A stretch of 64,000 nt of DNA from the human T2T-CHM13v2.0 reference genome, Homo sapiens, in NCBI RefSeq assembly GCF_009914755.1, contig NC_060932.1; one strand, given 5' to 3'. The translations under genes and the position numbers were made by a program. Below, piece after piece: positions 1 to 13,840 of this stretch (positions are counted from its first letter, which is position 1; each line of letters begins with the position of its first letter). Below the pieces are notes generated by a model, which searched no databases, had not been told where the DNA came from, and was given only the letters and a program-made list of their open reading frames with translations.

Positions 1-149
1 ATAACAGCATTTCCTCTAGCAAGATCTCACTGGCCAGTATAAAATCAAATCTCAGTCAGTTATTTTAAATTCAATCACATTTACTATCTTTATCAGCCCC
101 ACTTGTATCCCACTTCAAATACTCTCTGCCTCACCTCTTCTTGACAACT

Positions 150-585
150 ATTTCTTCCCATGCTTCAAGGTGGGACAAGCAACTTTGTGCAAATGCAAAG
201 TTCAGCATTTTGCCTCATCCAGGTTTCTTCCAGATCTTATTTCCTGCCCCAGGATGGCCAATGGGAATCATTCAATACATATATATGTGCAACTCAAATG
301 CTCAGGGATTTTAGTGCCCAAGGCCCACCCTTGACCAGAAGCCTATGAATAAATGCTTTGTCCTTTCATCCTTCAGTGGGCACACCTCATTAGGCTCCTC
401 AAAAATTCTTGTGGGGTTGAGCAACAGCCACCTGTCCAGGGTTGGCTCAATGACTCATGCTGTGTTGCCTTTCCTCCTTTCATGTTTTATACTCATGTCC
501 CTCACTCCTGCCTCCCGGGTCAAACAACCACTCACACATAAGCCTCTGCCTCACACCCTGCATTGGGGAGGACCAAGCTAAGAGC
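150..585 (+). mobile_element. Degenerate ERVL-class LTR fragment (LTR16/LTR33-like)
   Basis: 3' part gcctcccgggtcaaac...ctcacaccctgcattggggaggaccaagctaaga resembles the recalled end of LTR16/LTR33-type LTRs; boundaries approximate. Confidence 0.4.
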
Positions 586-1413
586 TACTTAACCTTAACT
601 ATATGCAGCATGATTTTTACCACTTTTCAAGGGAATATAATTATAAGTATACTATAGTATTCTATACAAAATCCCCAATATAGGGCTGGGCCATATTTTC
701 TTTTCTTTATCTCCAAGATGAAATAATCACTAAGAAGTACCTTAAGAAATCTCTTTTAGAGTTTAAAATATACCAAGCTCTATCTAAGCTAGACTTTAAT
801 TACATAAAAATAGGAAAAACAAAATCCTTTCCTTTAAGACACTTGCAGTGTTTTGGCAAACACAGACATCTACATAAATAATTCAGTCACAGTTGAAGTA
901 AGAGCTATGGTAAAGATTTGCACAGGTGCTAAGACTTTTGGAAGAAAACCTTCAGAAAAGAGGAGAATCTAGAAGGAAAAGCTAGAAATAAGCCAAATAG
1001 TAAAATGCAGAGGGATGGCGTGGTGGGGAGGGGTAGATATATTCTGCCAGAGGTAATAGTATAATGACACAGAGGCTTAATAACAAAACACCTGAAAAAA
1101 GCAAAAGCGGTTTGGAGTTTATGGAGTATAAAATCCATGGTGGAGGATCCAAGAGGATGAATTTGCAGACACAGGTAGGGATTATGCAATATAGAGACTC
1201 AAATGACTTACGAAGGAAGCCATAACTCATCTTGTAGGTAATGAGAAGCCAATAAAAATGGTAGTTCTAAAATCCTTGTGAGTCAAGGATTATTTTGAGA
1301 AGCTGGCTAAAATTACTGTCTCTCTCTCCAAAAAAGATCACATCCACCCACAACTCTTCATTCCACCCACTGTGAATTATTGTGATTATATACTCATGTT
1401 AAGACTGCTTACT

Positions 1414-1603
1414 CACAAATCTAGCCATATTATTCTCATACTTTATTTTAGAGCAAGAGGTCTTGACATTATACTCCTAAAATATTGAGAGCAACATGAG
1501 TATACTTATGTCTTAACATGAGTATAATGTTAACATGAATATAATGTGAAGACCTCTTGCTCTAAAATATTTAAAGCATGAGAAAAATATGGCTGGATTT
1601 GTG
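1414..1603. repeat. Imperfect inverted repeat, arms 1414-1476 and 1537-1603
   Basis: cacaaatctagccatattattctcatactttattttagagcaagaggtcttgacattatactc matches the reverse complement of 1537-1603 with about 5 substitutions and one 4-nt indel. Confidence 0.9.
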
Positions 1604-2996
1604 TTTTGAACATTCTGATAGCCTTATGGAAAAGGGGTTTCTAAGTATGGCTGTCTGTAAGGAAACTACACAATAATCCAGACAAATCAAGATGAGAAAT
1701 CACACTATGGTGGTACTATAAAGAAGTGATAGATTCGAGACATTTCTTTAAGAAGTAGATTCAGCAAGACAGATTGGTTAGCCATGTGCAATGAGAGGCA
1801 GAGTGATTCGGAAGATGAGTTTGCTTTTGGACATGTTGCCTTTGAGGTGCTTATCTTGCATACAAGTAATATGTCCTATAAGGATTTGGGTACACCAATC
1901 TTGAGCTGATGGTTTAAGATAAAGGTTTAAAATATCTCAACCTATATGAACTTAATAAAACTATCAAAGTGGTTGAGATGATTCAGGGGGATGATTAGAA
2001 TGGGAAAAGGAGGGCCTTGGATAGAGCTGAGGGAAAATATAATATTTATGGGTTTACAAAGAGAGAAAGCCTTTAAAAGAGACTGAGAAATGGTAGTCAG
2101 ATATGCAGGAGAGAGAAGGGCCACAGAAGAAAAGCAATGACAGCCTTAAGAACAAATAGAGGTTAACGCAAGGTCAAATAAAGACAACAGATGCAAATTT
2201 CCCATTGTGCAAGGCAATTAGGAGGTCATACAGTCAGCATAAGCTGTTTTCTCAGTGGTAGAGGCAGAAACCAAATTAAAACAGGTTGAGGAGTAGGAGT
2301 GAATAAAAACTGTGGACGTAAAGGCATTGAATGAAGAATATGGGAGTTTGGCTCAAAGAAGATTGAACATGAAAAGGAAACAGCTAGTTATTTTATATAA
2401 TTAAGGGAGGTATTTAATTTTTGTGGGTTTTTTTTTAAGACTGAAAGAGAAGTGAGCTTGTTCATATGCTGTGGGAAATGATAGTGGGAAAAAAAAACAG
2501 AAAAAATACTGGTTGGGGGGTGATAGTGGATAAAATAGGTTGATGAGACATTGAGATCCAAATCTTTCCAGCATAATGGATAGTCTCAGCCTTACACAGG
2601 AGACAGGGCCTCTTGCGCTCTGCGCGTTGGAAAGGTAGTGAATACAGATTAGGGTGAAAATAATTCTGGAGGTGGTGTGTGAGGGCAAGATGAGGTCTGT
2701 ACTCCTGATTACATAATTGTTCTGGGTGACACAGAGGAGAGCTGATGGTGAGATTTTTGAAAATACTTTGAAAGGAATGGAAAAAAGAAAGACAATCAAG
2801 AAGTTCAAGTTTAAAGTTAGAGACCACTGATTTATAGTCACCAATCCTAGAATGATGATTTTCTCGATTATTGTTCAGTGGCACATGTGCGGGAAAATGG
2901 TGGGTTAATATAGGTTTGGAGTCTGCCTTCGCAGGAGTGACAGAGGACAGGGGTGCAGAGGAGCTGAGACAATGAGTCCCAACTGAGCAGGGAAGG

Positions 2997-3280
2997 CAGG
3001 GAAGCAGGAGGGGACACTCCCTTATACCTAGGAGAAAGAAGAGGGAAATGGAGATTTGTTAATATTTGGTTGCGTAGAAAGTGTTAAGGAGAGTGACACT
3101 GTGAAAGAGGCTGAAGGAGGTGAATTTGTTTTCGGAGACAGGGAAGCAGGAGGGGACACTCCCTGATACCTAGGAGAAAGAAGAGGGAAATGGAGATTTG
3201 TTAATATTTGGTTGCGTAGAAAGTGTTAAGGAGAGTGACACTGTGAAAGAGCCTGAAGGAGGTGAATTTGTTTTCGGAGA
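2997..3280. repeat. Two-copy tandem duplication, 142-bp unit
   Basis: 2997-3138 and 3139-3280 differ at 2 positions (cttat/ctgat, gaggct/gagcct). Confidence 0.97.
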
Positions 3281-4279
3281 CCAGAACACTGGACTTACAG
3301 ATATCTGCCATGAAACAATTCCAAGTTGTCTGTCCTTGGGTTAAGGAAGGTGAAGTGGAAGGGAAGATCTCCAAATGTGAGGAGGTCAAGGGACTTTAAG
3401 ATTAGTAGGTAGATACACATGAATATCAAAATCACTCAGGATAAAAATAACACTTGAGTTGAAGAAGAAAATTCTGAGCCTGACCCAAGTTGTTGCAGGC
3501 AGAGAGAAGAAAGTTATACATAATCCTGTGCTATCTCAGTTTGGTGGGTCAGGCAGCCTCCCTGGGAGAGGAGGTCCTGGAAGACCCTTAGAGAAAAGGG
3601 ATGTGATATTCTTAGGTGAGACTTTCCAATATGAAAAGGAGGAGCAGCCAACATTCTGTTTAGGGGCTGAAAATATAAGGGAGTCTGTTTAATATGGAAA
3701 AGGAGTTTTAGAAAGCAAAGCAAAAAGCTTTGGGAGTAGGAGTAAAACTCTTATGGTAAAAAAACAAAAAGCAATTTAACTTTTATTTAGACTGTATTTC
3801 CCGGACTTGCCCATACACCCCTTGTTTGCATAGCACCCATTAACCTCTTACAGAAGTGGTGCTGTGTGGGTTACAGCTTGGGAAACATTGGCAGAGTACT
3901 CGAGGATGGCAGGACTGTGAAGCATTCCGCAATGGAATTGGTGCCAAGTCACAGTAAACTCAGCTCTTAAGGTATCTGGAGGGCACCGTGTGGACAAGGA
4001 CGAGCCAGCTGCAAGGCCACCCAATTTGTTGCGTTTTTAATCCATAGCCATTGGTCTCTTCAACTGAGCTATATTAAAGCCTGTCAGGAACAGTTATAAT
4101 TTCTTTGCATCTCTATGACATTTGGTTTATGCTTGAGCATATTAATAAGTGCTAAATAAAACAAAAGTTTTATTGATGCATACAACAAGCAAACAAAAAT
4201 TACAGCACTATTTTAAGATCTTGCTTCTTTCTGTCTTTGTTGGAGATTTATTTTCTTTTTAGGTTTAAAAAAAATTTAC

Positions 4280-4434
4280 TTTTTTTAGAGACAGGGGCTC
4301 ACTCTGTCACCCCAGTTGGAGTGCAGTGGCGTGATCATGGCTCACTGCAGACTCAAACTCCTGGCCTCAAGTGATCCACCTGCCTTAGCCTCCCGAAGTG
4401 CTGAGATTACAGGAGTGAGCCACCACACCTGGCC
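4280..4434 (-). mobile_element. Monomeric Alu (FRAM/FAM-like)
   Basis: Single ~155-bp 7SL-derived monomer carrying the right-arm gcagtggcgtgatc segment and ending gagccaccacacctggcc. Confidence 0.85.
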
Positions 4435-5687
4435 TAGGGTTTTAACTTAATGTTAAATATCCCAATGTGTTGGAGCTCATTGTGAATTTTCAATAATAAT
4501 TTTTACTTATACCTTTAAATATTTAATGCACCTCTGTACCTTCTCTCTTTGATATGATTTTGATAGAATGGTCCTGGACAAAGAGAGCTCAAAACAGAAT
4601 ATTTGCTATTGCTGAATATTAAAATTGTTTATCCAAAGTGAATACAATAAAAAGGAAATAGTAGAGAATATTTGAAAAATATGTAGCTAATTTATTTAAA
4701 GTGGTCTTTTTCCCAAGAAAAAATTTAAAAAATTAATTAAAAGTACAAAACCACACAAAGCTTAGCAAAAAATGTTACAAGTTTCAGGAAATTCCCCTTG
4801 AGAATTCTTTAATTTTCTTATACAATACAGTAAATGTGATTTCATATACAGAAGGTAATAAGTAAGTATAAATGTATAATAGAGGGATGTGCAGAATTTA
4901 ATATTATAAAAATTATGGTGCACATATAATTTACATTGTTTGTAATTATACAAAAGATCAAGAGATATGCATATATGCTTGAATTTGTAGAAGTCAAAAA
5001 GCAAATTATATGAGATTCTGCTGTGGTATATAAAAGCAAAGACATAAAATGGCTGAGAATTATAACATTTATAAAAATTACAACTTATATAACAGTATAA
5101 CATTTGAACCCAGTATAGTTATAAATTATGCCTGTATTTATTGTTCTCTCCTGAAGAAGGCTCAGTGTCTATGAGAAGTCTGGGCAGTCACACATTAGGA
5201 AACTTTACCTCCACTGCTGAGACATATCTCGACCCACAGGCCTTGAAGCTTAGGTTGGTTGATTTGCAAGATTGTGCTTGATAAACCTCAGTGGAATTAG
5301 GAAAATCCTTTTATGACTCCCAGACCCTGATGTTAGGTGAGCACACTGTGTTGGCCTCTTGTTTTCCTTCCACTCAATTCCCCTTTGGTGTTTAAGTGAA
5401 AATACGTGCTTCTAAACCTTTCTACGGTCAGTCTGAGAAGAAAAGCAGATTCTACCTAGATAAATCCTGGTATGTATGTAACAGGAAGTATAGAAGACTT
5501 TTCCTTAATGGTTAGAACAGCAAAAATCCTATATTAAAATGGCTTTAGTGAACTTGTATTTCTATTTTGAACATGCATATCTGAGTTTAGAGTCTAGAAG
5601 TTCACAGCCATGTCCCCCATGGTGCATAGTTCACATTTCACAATTTAACATTATGAGATGTTTCAATGATCATTTTTAATTATTTAG

Positions 5688-5773
5688 GCTTCAAGGAGAC
5701 AACCTGGAAGAAAGGACAGAAGAGTCACTACCAATACTCCATTCTCCAGATGAAAAAATCCCAGATTCATTCG
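5688..5773 (+). CDS. C8orf34: Internal coding exon (86 nt), (R)[28 protein letters not shown](D)
   Basis: tatttAG acceptor at 5686-5687 and GTAAGT donor at 5774; open frame joins in phase to exon 18055-18131; peptide matches my recollection of C8orf34. Confidence 0.9.
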
Positions 5774-6629
5774 GTAAGTTTTAAGTCCAACAATATTTAT
5801 TGCAGTTCTAGTGGCACTTAAAGATTAAAGAAGTAAAGGAAAAAAACTAAACCAAACATCTTGCCTTGCATGAATTCACTGCAGCTGCACGTCACATATC
5901 TACCGCTGGCACACTCCTTGGGGCTGTTTGTGTCAGGATAAGAGCAAAGGAGAGAAGGAATTGAGAAGTGTGGATTCTGAGGAGTAATCTCTTTAGGCCT
6001 GTTCTGTTTAAGGTCCAAACAGATCAACTATAAGTTGGCTACTCCCTAAACTATGTCACTAATTCAAACTTGTCTTTAGAAACCCACATTGTCAGCTGGA
6101 TTTCTAGAAAATGGAACTGTTTCTCTGCCCCTTGTCACTTGCTATACGTGCTGCTCCCATTCTCACGTCATTGATCCAGTCATTCTTCTTGGGCAGAAAT
6201 GTCAATATCATACTTGACAATATCATACTCCCTCTCTCCCAGCCCTGTATTAAATTGGTCTCCAATTATGTCAATGTCACTTCAGAATTTCCTCCCTGAG
6301 TCAGCCTCTTTTGTATTTGCCCTAATACTGCCTGGTCTATGTGTTTTCCCTCTTTCTCCATCAACTCCCTTCTTGGCCCTCCTCGGACTATCTCACCCCT
6401 CTTTTGTTCATTGTTTTTCTGAAAATAAAGCTGCTTATTTAATTTCCATTTTCTATAGTATAAAATGGAAATTCCTTAACTTAGCAAACAAACAATATCA
6501 GAGCAATTCAAAATGTTTGTTGTATATGTAAATAAGTACAGGTAATGCCACTCCAATGCCATCTAAGGTACATCACGTCTTCATCAGTCAGCATAATAGC
6601 AAAACACAGTCCATACATTCAACCTGGAT

Positions 6630-6786
6630 AGTTAGAAGATAAACTATAGGAAAGTATTTTTCTTACACCTGGATTGAGAAGGACATCTTCAACAGGAAAA
6701 AAACATCTCCAGCCATAAAAGAAATAATTGAAACCTTCAGCCGTAGAAAATTAAAAACTCCTGTTTATCAAAATATGCCCAAAGAA
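6630..6786 (+). mobile_element. Old L1M(E)-type fragment, left part (host of the L1PB insertion)
   Basis: Degenerate L1 ORF2 3'-region sequence (aaaattaaaaactcctgtttatcaaaa) that resumes after 13042. Confidence 0.65.
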
Positions 6787-9700
6787 GCTCAGGATTAAGA
6801 TGGTGGACAGGAGGCAGGACTAGATTGCGGCTCCCACTCGGACAGACAGAGCAGCATGTAGAAACTCACATCGTGAACTTTTGCTCCAAGAAGTACCGCA
6901 GGAACATAACAGGAAAGGTGAGAGAATCCACAGACTATTTGAAGGAAATGGATCACCGCTGCAGGCTCCCTGAGATGCGAAAATTTGTGAGTCTTTTTGC
7001 TTTCTAGATGAGGAGGCTCATGGTCTGGGGCAAGTTCTCAGCCCTGATCACTTGCTGCCTGGAAATAAACTCATTGCTGTTGAGGGGGCACAGTGGGTGT
7101 GCCTGGAAATAAACTCATTGCTGTTGAGGGGGCACGGTGGGTGTACCAGCCTTTAGGACTATGGGCTGCCTTGGAGCTGGGTGAATCCTGTGACTGCTGG
7201 CTTTCCCCCACTTCCTTGGCGACCTGTATGACTCAGCAGAGGCAGCCATAATCTCCCTGGGAATATAACTCCATTGGACTGAGAACCACACCCCCATCCA
7301 CCACAGCAGAAACAGCAAGCCCCATATAAGAAGAGGCTGAGCTCAGACGCACCTATCTCTGCTCCCAACTGGTGGTCTTTCTTTACCTGCTGTGGTAGCC
7401 AAAGACAAAGGGCACAGTTTCTTGGGAGCTCTATGGCCCTGCCCACCACCTGAGAAACCTGAATACTTAACCAGGTGTTCCTAGGGCAAGTTTGCATCCT
7501 CATAGGGCCAATGAGCTCTTGAAAGCACTACTTTCTGGCTGGAGGCCAACCAACACAGAACCAGCACACTAAACAAAAACATAACCAAAGTCCCTTACAG
7601 GGTCCACTTCACTCCCCTGCTACCTCCCCCGGGGAAGGTGCTGGTATCCACAGCTGCAAGACCTGAAGACTGATCACATCACAGGACTCTTTGCAGACAC
7701 TCCCCAGTACCAGCCCAGAGCCCGGTAGCTCCACTGGATGGCTAGAACCAGAAGAGCAAAAACACTCACTACAGTTCAGCTCTCAGGAAGCCTCATTCCT
7801 AGGGGAAGGGGGAGAACACAACATCAGGGGAACACACTAAGGGACAAAAGAATCTGAACAGCAGTTCTTGAATCCTACATCTTCCTTCTAACATAGTCTG
7901 CGCAAATTATAAGGAACCAGTAAAACAATTCTGGTAATATGAGAAAATGAGGTTCTTTAACACCCTCAAAAGATCATACGAGCTCACAAGCAATGGATCC
8001 AAGTCAAGAGGAAATCTGAATTGCCAGAAAAAGAATTCAGAAAGTTGAATATTAAGCTAATTAAGCAGGCATCACAGAAAGGTAAGTCCAACTTACATAA
8101 ATCAAAAACATAATTCAGGATATGGAAGGAAAATTCTTCAGTGAAATAGGTAGCATAAATAAAAAATAATCAGAACTTCTGGCAATCTAGGACACACTTA
8201 GAGAAATGCAAAATACACTGGAAAGTATCAGCAATCAAATTAAACAAGCAGAAGAAAGAACTCCAGAGCTCAAAGACAAGGCTTTTCAATTAACCCAATC
8301 CATCAAAGACAAAGAAAAAAGAATTTTAAAAACATGAACAAAGCCTCCAATGAACAAAGTCTCCAAGAAGTTTGGGACTGTGTTACATGTCCAAACCTAA
8401 GAATAGTTGGTGTTCCTGAGGAAGAAGAGAAATCTAAAAGTTCAGAAAACATATTTGAGGGAATAATCAAGGAAAACTTCCCTGGCCTTGCTAGAGATCT
8501 AGAACTCCGAATACAAGAAGCTCAAAGAACACCTGGGAAATTTATTGCAAAAAGATCATTACCTGCACACATAGTCATCAGGTTATCTAAAGTCAAGATG
8601 AAGGAAAAAATCTTAAGAGCTGTGAGGCAAAAGCATCAGGTAACCTATAAAGGAAAACCTATCAGATTAATAGCAGATTTCTCAGCAGAAACCCTACAAC
8701 CCAGAAGGGATTGGGGACCCATTTTTAGCCTCCTTAAACAAAACAATTATTACCCAAGAATGTTATATTCAGAGAAACTAAGCTTCATAAATGAAGGAAA
8801 GATACAGTATTTTCCAGACAAATAAATGCTGAAAGAATGTGTCACTCCCAAGTCAGCACTACAAGAATTTCTAAAAGGAACTCTAAGTCCTGAAACAAAT
8901 CCCTGAAATACACCAAAGTAGAACCTCCTTAAAGCATAAATCTCACAGGACCTGTATAACAATAACACAATGAAAAAAAACTTGGGTATTCAGGCAACAA
9001 ACAGCACAACGAATAGAATACTACCTCACATCTCTATACTAACATTGAATGTAAATGTCTTAAATGCTCCACTTAAAATATACAAAATGGCAAAATGGAT
9101 AAGAATTCACCAACCAAGTTTCTGCTGTCTTCAGGAGACTCATCTAACACATAAGGACTCATATAAACTTAAGGTAAAGGGGTAGAAAAAGGTATTCCAT
9201 GCAAATGGACACCAAAAGTGAGCAGGAGTAGGTATTTTTATATCAGACAAAACAAACTTTAAAGCAACAGCAGTTAAAAATAAACAAAGTGGAACATTAT
9301 ATAATGTTAAAAGGATTAGTTCAATAGGAAAATATCACAATCCTAAATATATATGTGCCTAATACTGGAGCTCCCAAATTTATAAAACAGTTACCACTAG
9401 ATCTAAGAAATGAGACAGATAGCAACACAGTAATAGTGGGGGACTTTAATACCCCACTGACAGCACTAGACAGGTCATCAAGACAGAAAGTCAACAAAGA
9501 AACAATAGACCTAAACTTGACAGATATTTACAAAACAGTGTACCCAACAACTGCAGGATATACATTCTGTTCATCAGCACATGAAATATTCCCCAAAATA
9601 GACCATATGATAGGCCACACAACAAGTATCAGTAAATTTAAGAAAATCAAAATTATATCAAGTACTCTCTCAGACCACACTGGAATAAAATTGGAAATCA

Positions 9701-12700
9701 ACTCCAAAAGGAAGCCACAAAACCATGCAAATACATGGAAATTAAATAACCTGCTCCTCAATGATCATTGGGTCAACAAGGAAATCAAGATGGAAATTAA
9801 AAAGTTCTTTGAACTGAACGATAATAGTAACATAACCTATCAAAACCTCTGGGATACAGTAAAAGTAGCGCTAAGAGGAAAGTTCATAGCATTAAATGCC
9901 TATATCAAGAAGTCTGAAAGAGCACAAATAGATAATCTAAGGTCATACCTCCTACCTCCTGGAACTGGAGAAACAAGAACTATCCATCCCAGAAGAAGAA
10001 AAGAGATAACGAAGATCAGAGGAGAACTAAAACAAACTGAAAGAACAAAAAAAATACAAAAGATAGATGAAACAAAAAACTGGTTTTTGAAAACATAAAT
10101 ATAGCAAGATTAACCAAGAAAAGAAGAGAGAAGATGCAAACAAGCCAAATTAGAAATGAAACAGATGTTACTGCTGATACCACAGAAACGCAAAAGATTA
10201 TTCAAGGCCACTATGAACACCTTTACACACATAAATTGGAAAACCTAGAGGAGATGGATAAATTCCTGGAAATATACAACCCTCCTAGATTAAACCAGGA
10301 AGATATAGAATCTCTGAACAGACCCACAACAAGCAGTGAGATTGAAATAGTAATAAAAAAAATTGCCAATAAAAATAAGTTAGGGGCCAGATGAATCCAC
10401 AGCTGAATTCTATCAGACAATTCAAAGAAGAATTGGCACTATATCAAAAGGTAGAGAAAAGGGTAATCCTTTCTAAATCATTTTATGAAGCCAATATTAC
10501 CTTAATGCCAAAACCAGGGAAGGACATAACACGAAAAGAAAACTACAGACCAGTATCCTTGATGAACATACATGCAAACATCCTCACAAAATACTAGTAA
10601 ACCAAATCCAGCAGAATATCAAAAAGATAATTCACCATGATCAAGTGGGTTTCATATCAGGGATGCAGGGATGGTTTAACATATGCAAGTCAATAAATAT
10701 AGCATACCACGTAAACAGAATTAAAAACAAATTCACATAATCATCTCAGTAAAGGCAGAAAAAGCATCTGACAAAATCCAGCATCCCTTTAACATTAAAA
10801 CCCTCAGCAAAATTGGTATAGAAGGTTCATACCTTAAGGTAAAAAAGCCATCTATGACAAACCCATGGCCAACATTATACTGAACAGGGAAAAATTGAAA
10901 GCATTCTCCCTGAGACCGGAAGAAGACAAAGATGCCTACTTTCACCACTTCTATTCACATAGTACTGGAAGTCCTAGCCAGAGCAGTCTGACAAGAGACG
11001 GAGTAAAGGGCATCCAGAGGAAGTCAAACTGTCACTGTTTGCTGATGATATGATTGTATACCTAGAAAACTCTAAAGACTCATCCAAAAAGCTCCTAGAA
11101 CTGGTAAATGAATTCAGCAAAGTTTCAGGATACAAAATTAATGTACGCATATCAGTAGCTCTGCTGTACACCAACAGCGACCAAGCTGGACAATCAAATC
11201 GAGAACTCAACCCTTTTCATAATAGCTGTAAAAAAAAATACTTAGGAATATAACTAAACAAGGAAGTGAAAGACCTCTACAAGGAAAACCACAAAACACT
11301 GCTGAAAGAAATTATAGACAACACAAACAAATGGAAACACTTTCCATATTCATGGATGGGTAGAATCAATATTGTGAGAATGACCACACTGCCAAAAGCA
11401 ATCTACAAATTCAATGAAATTCCCATCAAAATATCACCATCATTCTTCACAGAACTAGGAAAGACAATCCTAAAATTCATATGGAACCGAAAAAGAGACT
11501 GCATAGCTAAAGCTATCCTAGGTGAAAAGAACAAATCTGGAGGCATCACATTACCTGAGTTCAAAGTATACTATAAGGCCATAGTTACCAAAACAGCATA
11601 GTAGTATTATAAAAATAGGCACGTAAACCACTGGAACAGAATAGAGAACCCAGAAATAAACCCAAATACTTAACAGCCAACTGATCTTTGACAAAGCAAA
11701 CAAAAACATAAAGTGAGGAAGGGACACCCTATTCAATAAATGGTGCTGGGATAATTGGCAAGCCACATGTAGAAGAATGAAACTGGATCCTCATCTCTCA
11801 TCTTATACAAAAATCAACTCAAAATGGATCAAGGACTTAAATCTAAGACCTGAAACCATAAAAGTTCTAGAAGATAATGTCAGAAAAACCCTTCCAGACA
11901 TTAGCTTAAAGACGTCATGACCAAGAACCCAAAAGCAAGTGCAACAAAAACAAAGATAAATAGATGGGACTTAATTGAACTAAAAAGCTTCTGCACAGCC
12001 AAAGAAATAATCAACAGAGTAAACAGAAAATGCACAGAGTGGGAGAAATTCTTCATAATCTATACTTATGACAATGACTAATATCCAGAATCTATAATAC
12101 AAAGAACTCAAATCAGCAAGAAAAAAACTAACAATCCTATCAAAAAGTGGGCTAAGGACACGAATAGACATTTCTCAAAAGAGGATATATGAGTGGCCAA
12201 AAAGCATATGGAAAAATGCTCAACATCACTAATGATCAGGGAAATGCAAATAGAAACCACAATGTGATACCACCTCACTCCTGCAATACCACCTCACTCC
12301 TGCAACAATGGCCTACTATGGCCATTTTTATTTTTTTACTATAAAAAATAAAAAAAAAAAAGATGTTGGTGTGGATGTGGTGAAAAAGGAACACTTTTAC
12401 AGGGCTGGTGGGAATGTAAACCAGTACAACCACTCTGGAAAACAGTGTGGAGATTCCTTAAATAACTAAAAGAAGATCTACCATTTGATCCAGCAATCCT
12501 GTTACTAGGTATCTATCCAGATGAAAAGAAGCCATTATATGAAAAAGATATTTGCACATAAATGTTTATAACAGCATAATTTGCAATTGCAAAAATATGG
12601 AACCAGCCCAAATGCTCATCAATCCATGAGTAGATAAAGAAAATATGATATATATACACCATGAAATACTACTCAACTTTAAAAAGGAACAAAATAATGA

Positions 12701-13030
12701 CATTTACAGCAACCTGGACAGAATTGGAGACTATTATTCTAAGGAGAGTAACTCAGGAATGGAAAACCAAATATCATATGTTCTCACTCATATGTGGGAG
12801 CTAAGCTATGAGGACGAAAAGGCATAAGATTGATATATTGGACTTTGCGGACTTGGGGGAAAGGGTGGGGGTGGTGAAGGATAAAAGACTACACATTAGG
12901 TACAGTGTACACTGCTCCAGTGATGGGTGCACCAAAATCTCAGAAATCACCATTAAATAACTTATTCATGTAACCAAACACCACCTTTTCCCCAAAAACC
13001 TATTGAAAAAAATTAAAAATCAAAAAACAG
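6787..13030 (+). mobile_element. Full-length inactive L1PB-type (L1PB1-like) LINE-1
   Basis: 5'UTR (aagatggtggacaggaggcaggactagattgc), ORF1 fragment 8334-8825, broken ORF2 fragments about 9000-12804, L1PB-type 3'UTR, A-rich tail; TSD atgcccaaagaa at 6775-6786 and 13031-13042. Confidence 0.93.
7057..7144. repeat. 44-bp tandem duplication in the L1PB 5'UTR
   Basis: gcctggaaataaactcattgctgttgagggggcac(a/g)gtgggtgt occurs twice with 1 mismatch. Confidence 0.95.
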
Positions 13031-13664
13031 ATGCCCAAAGAAAAGCCACAAATAGGGAAACATATTTGCAATGTAATTGCCACTGATCAAAGATTAATAT
13101 TCAGAATATGAAGAACACCTACAATTTAATAAATAAAAAATCAATACATCAACAGAAAAATAAGTAACAAGTATGAATATACATTTTACAGAGAGGAAAC
13201 ACAAAAGTCCAACAAGCAGATGAAAAATACTTAAATTATCTTAGTTATCAGGGAAAAGCAAATTAAGACCATGGAGAGATACAATCTTTTTTCTTTTACA
13301 ACCTTTTGATTGGCATTGATGAAGAAAGCTGACAAAACTAAGTGCTGGTGAAGTCATAGATGAAAAGAAACTCGTATAAGGCAGGTATATGAGTTTTGGA
13401 AAAGTTTTCCATTATCTTAAAATCTTGAGCATTTATATAATCTAAAACCTAGAAACTCCATTTCTAGGTAAATGCCTTAGAGAAATAAGTATCATATAGC
13501 ATGAAATATGAACAACCCTTGTTAGTATGTTCATGGATAGGGAAATGGATAAATTGTGAAATTTTTTTATGCAGTAGAAACCTGAATGCCTTTCAACTAC
13601 ATACAGGCGATGGATAAAATCAGTGATGTACAAATACATCCCCTGTATGTAGTTGAAAGGCATT

Positions 13665-13840
13665 CAGATTTCTACTGTGTAAATGTACAACAATTGTTTT
13701 CCTGAAAAAAGGAAGCCCTGATTTGTAGAGATTGAAGATTTCCGTGGTGTGAATACTCCCACCGTGGCTGATTTCAAGCAGCCAAACTGAAATGGCAGTT
13801 GGTTCTCCCACTCTGGTATAGCAAGTTGCAGCTCACCATT
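13665..13840. mobile_element. MER63-like hAT DNA transposon remnant
   Basis: gatttccgtggtgtgaatactcccaccgtggctgatttcaagc resembles recalled MER63; a related sequence in opposite orientation lies at about 49085-49281. Confidence 0.55.

Larger units (their letters stand above)
800..3720 (-). mobile_element. Fragmented ancient L2 LINE, interrupted by a small hAT-like fragment near 1260-1400
   Basis: Purine-rich tract with antisense L2-like strings such as ttttggacatgttgcctttgaggtgc and tggatttgtgttttgaa; boundaries approximate. Confidence 0.6.

Noticed and set aside
2401-5103. Hydrophobic or low-complexity ORFs of 60-147 aa
   Set aside because: They are compositional artefacts of AT-rich or old repeat DNA with no recognisable domain.
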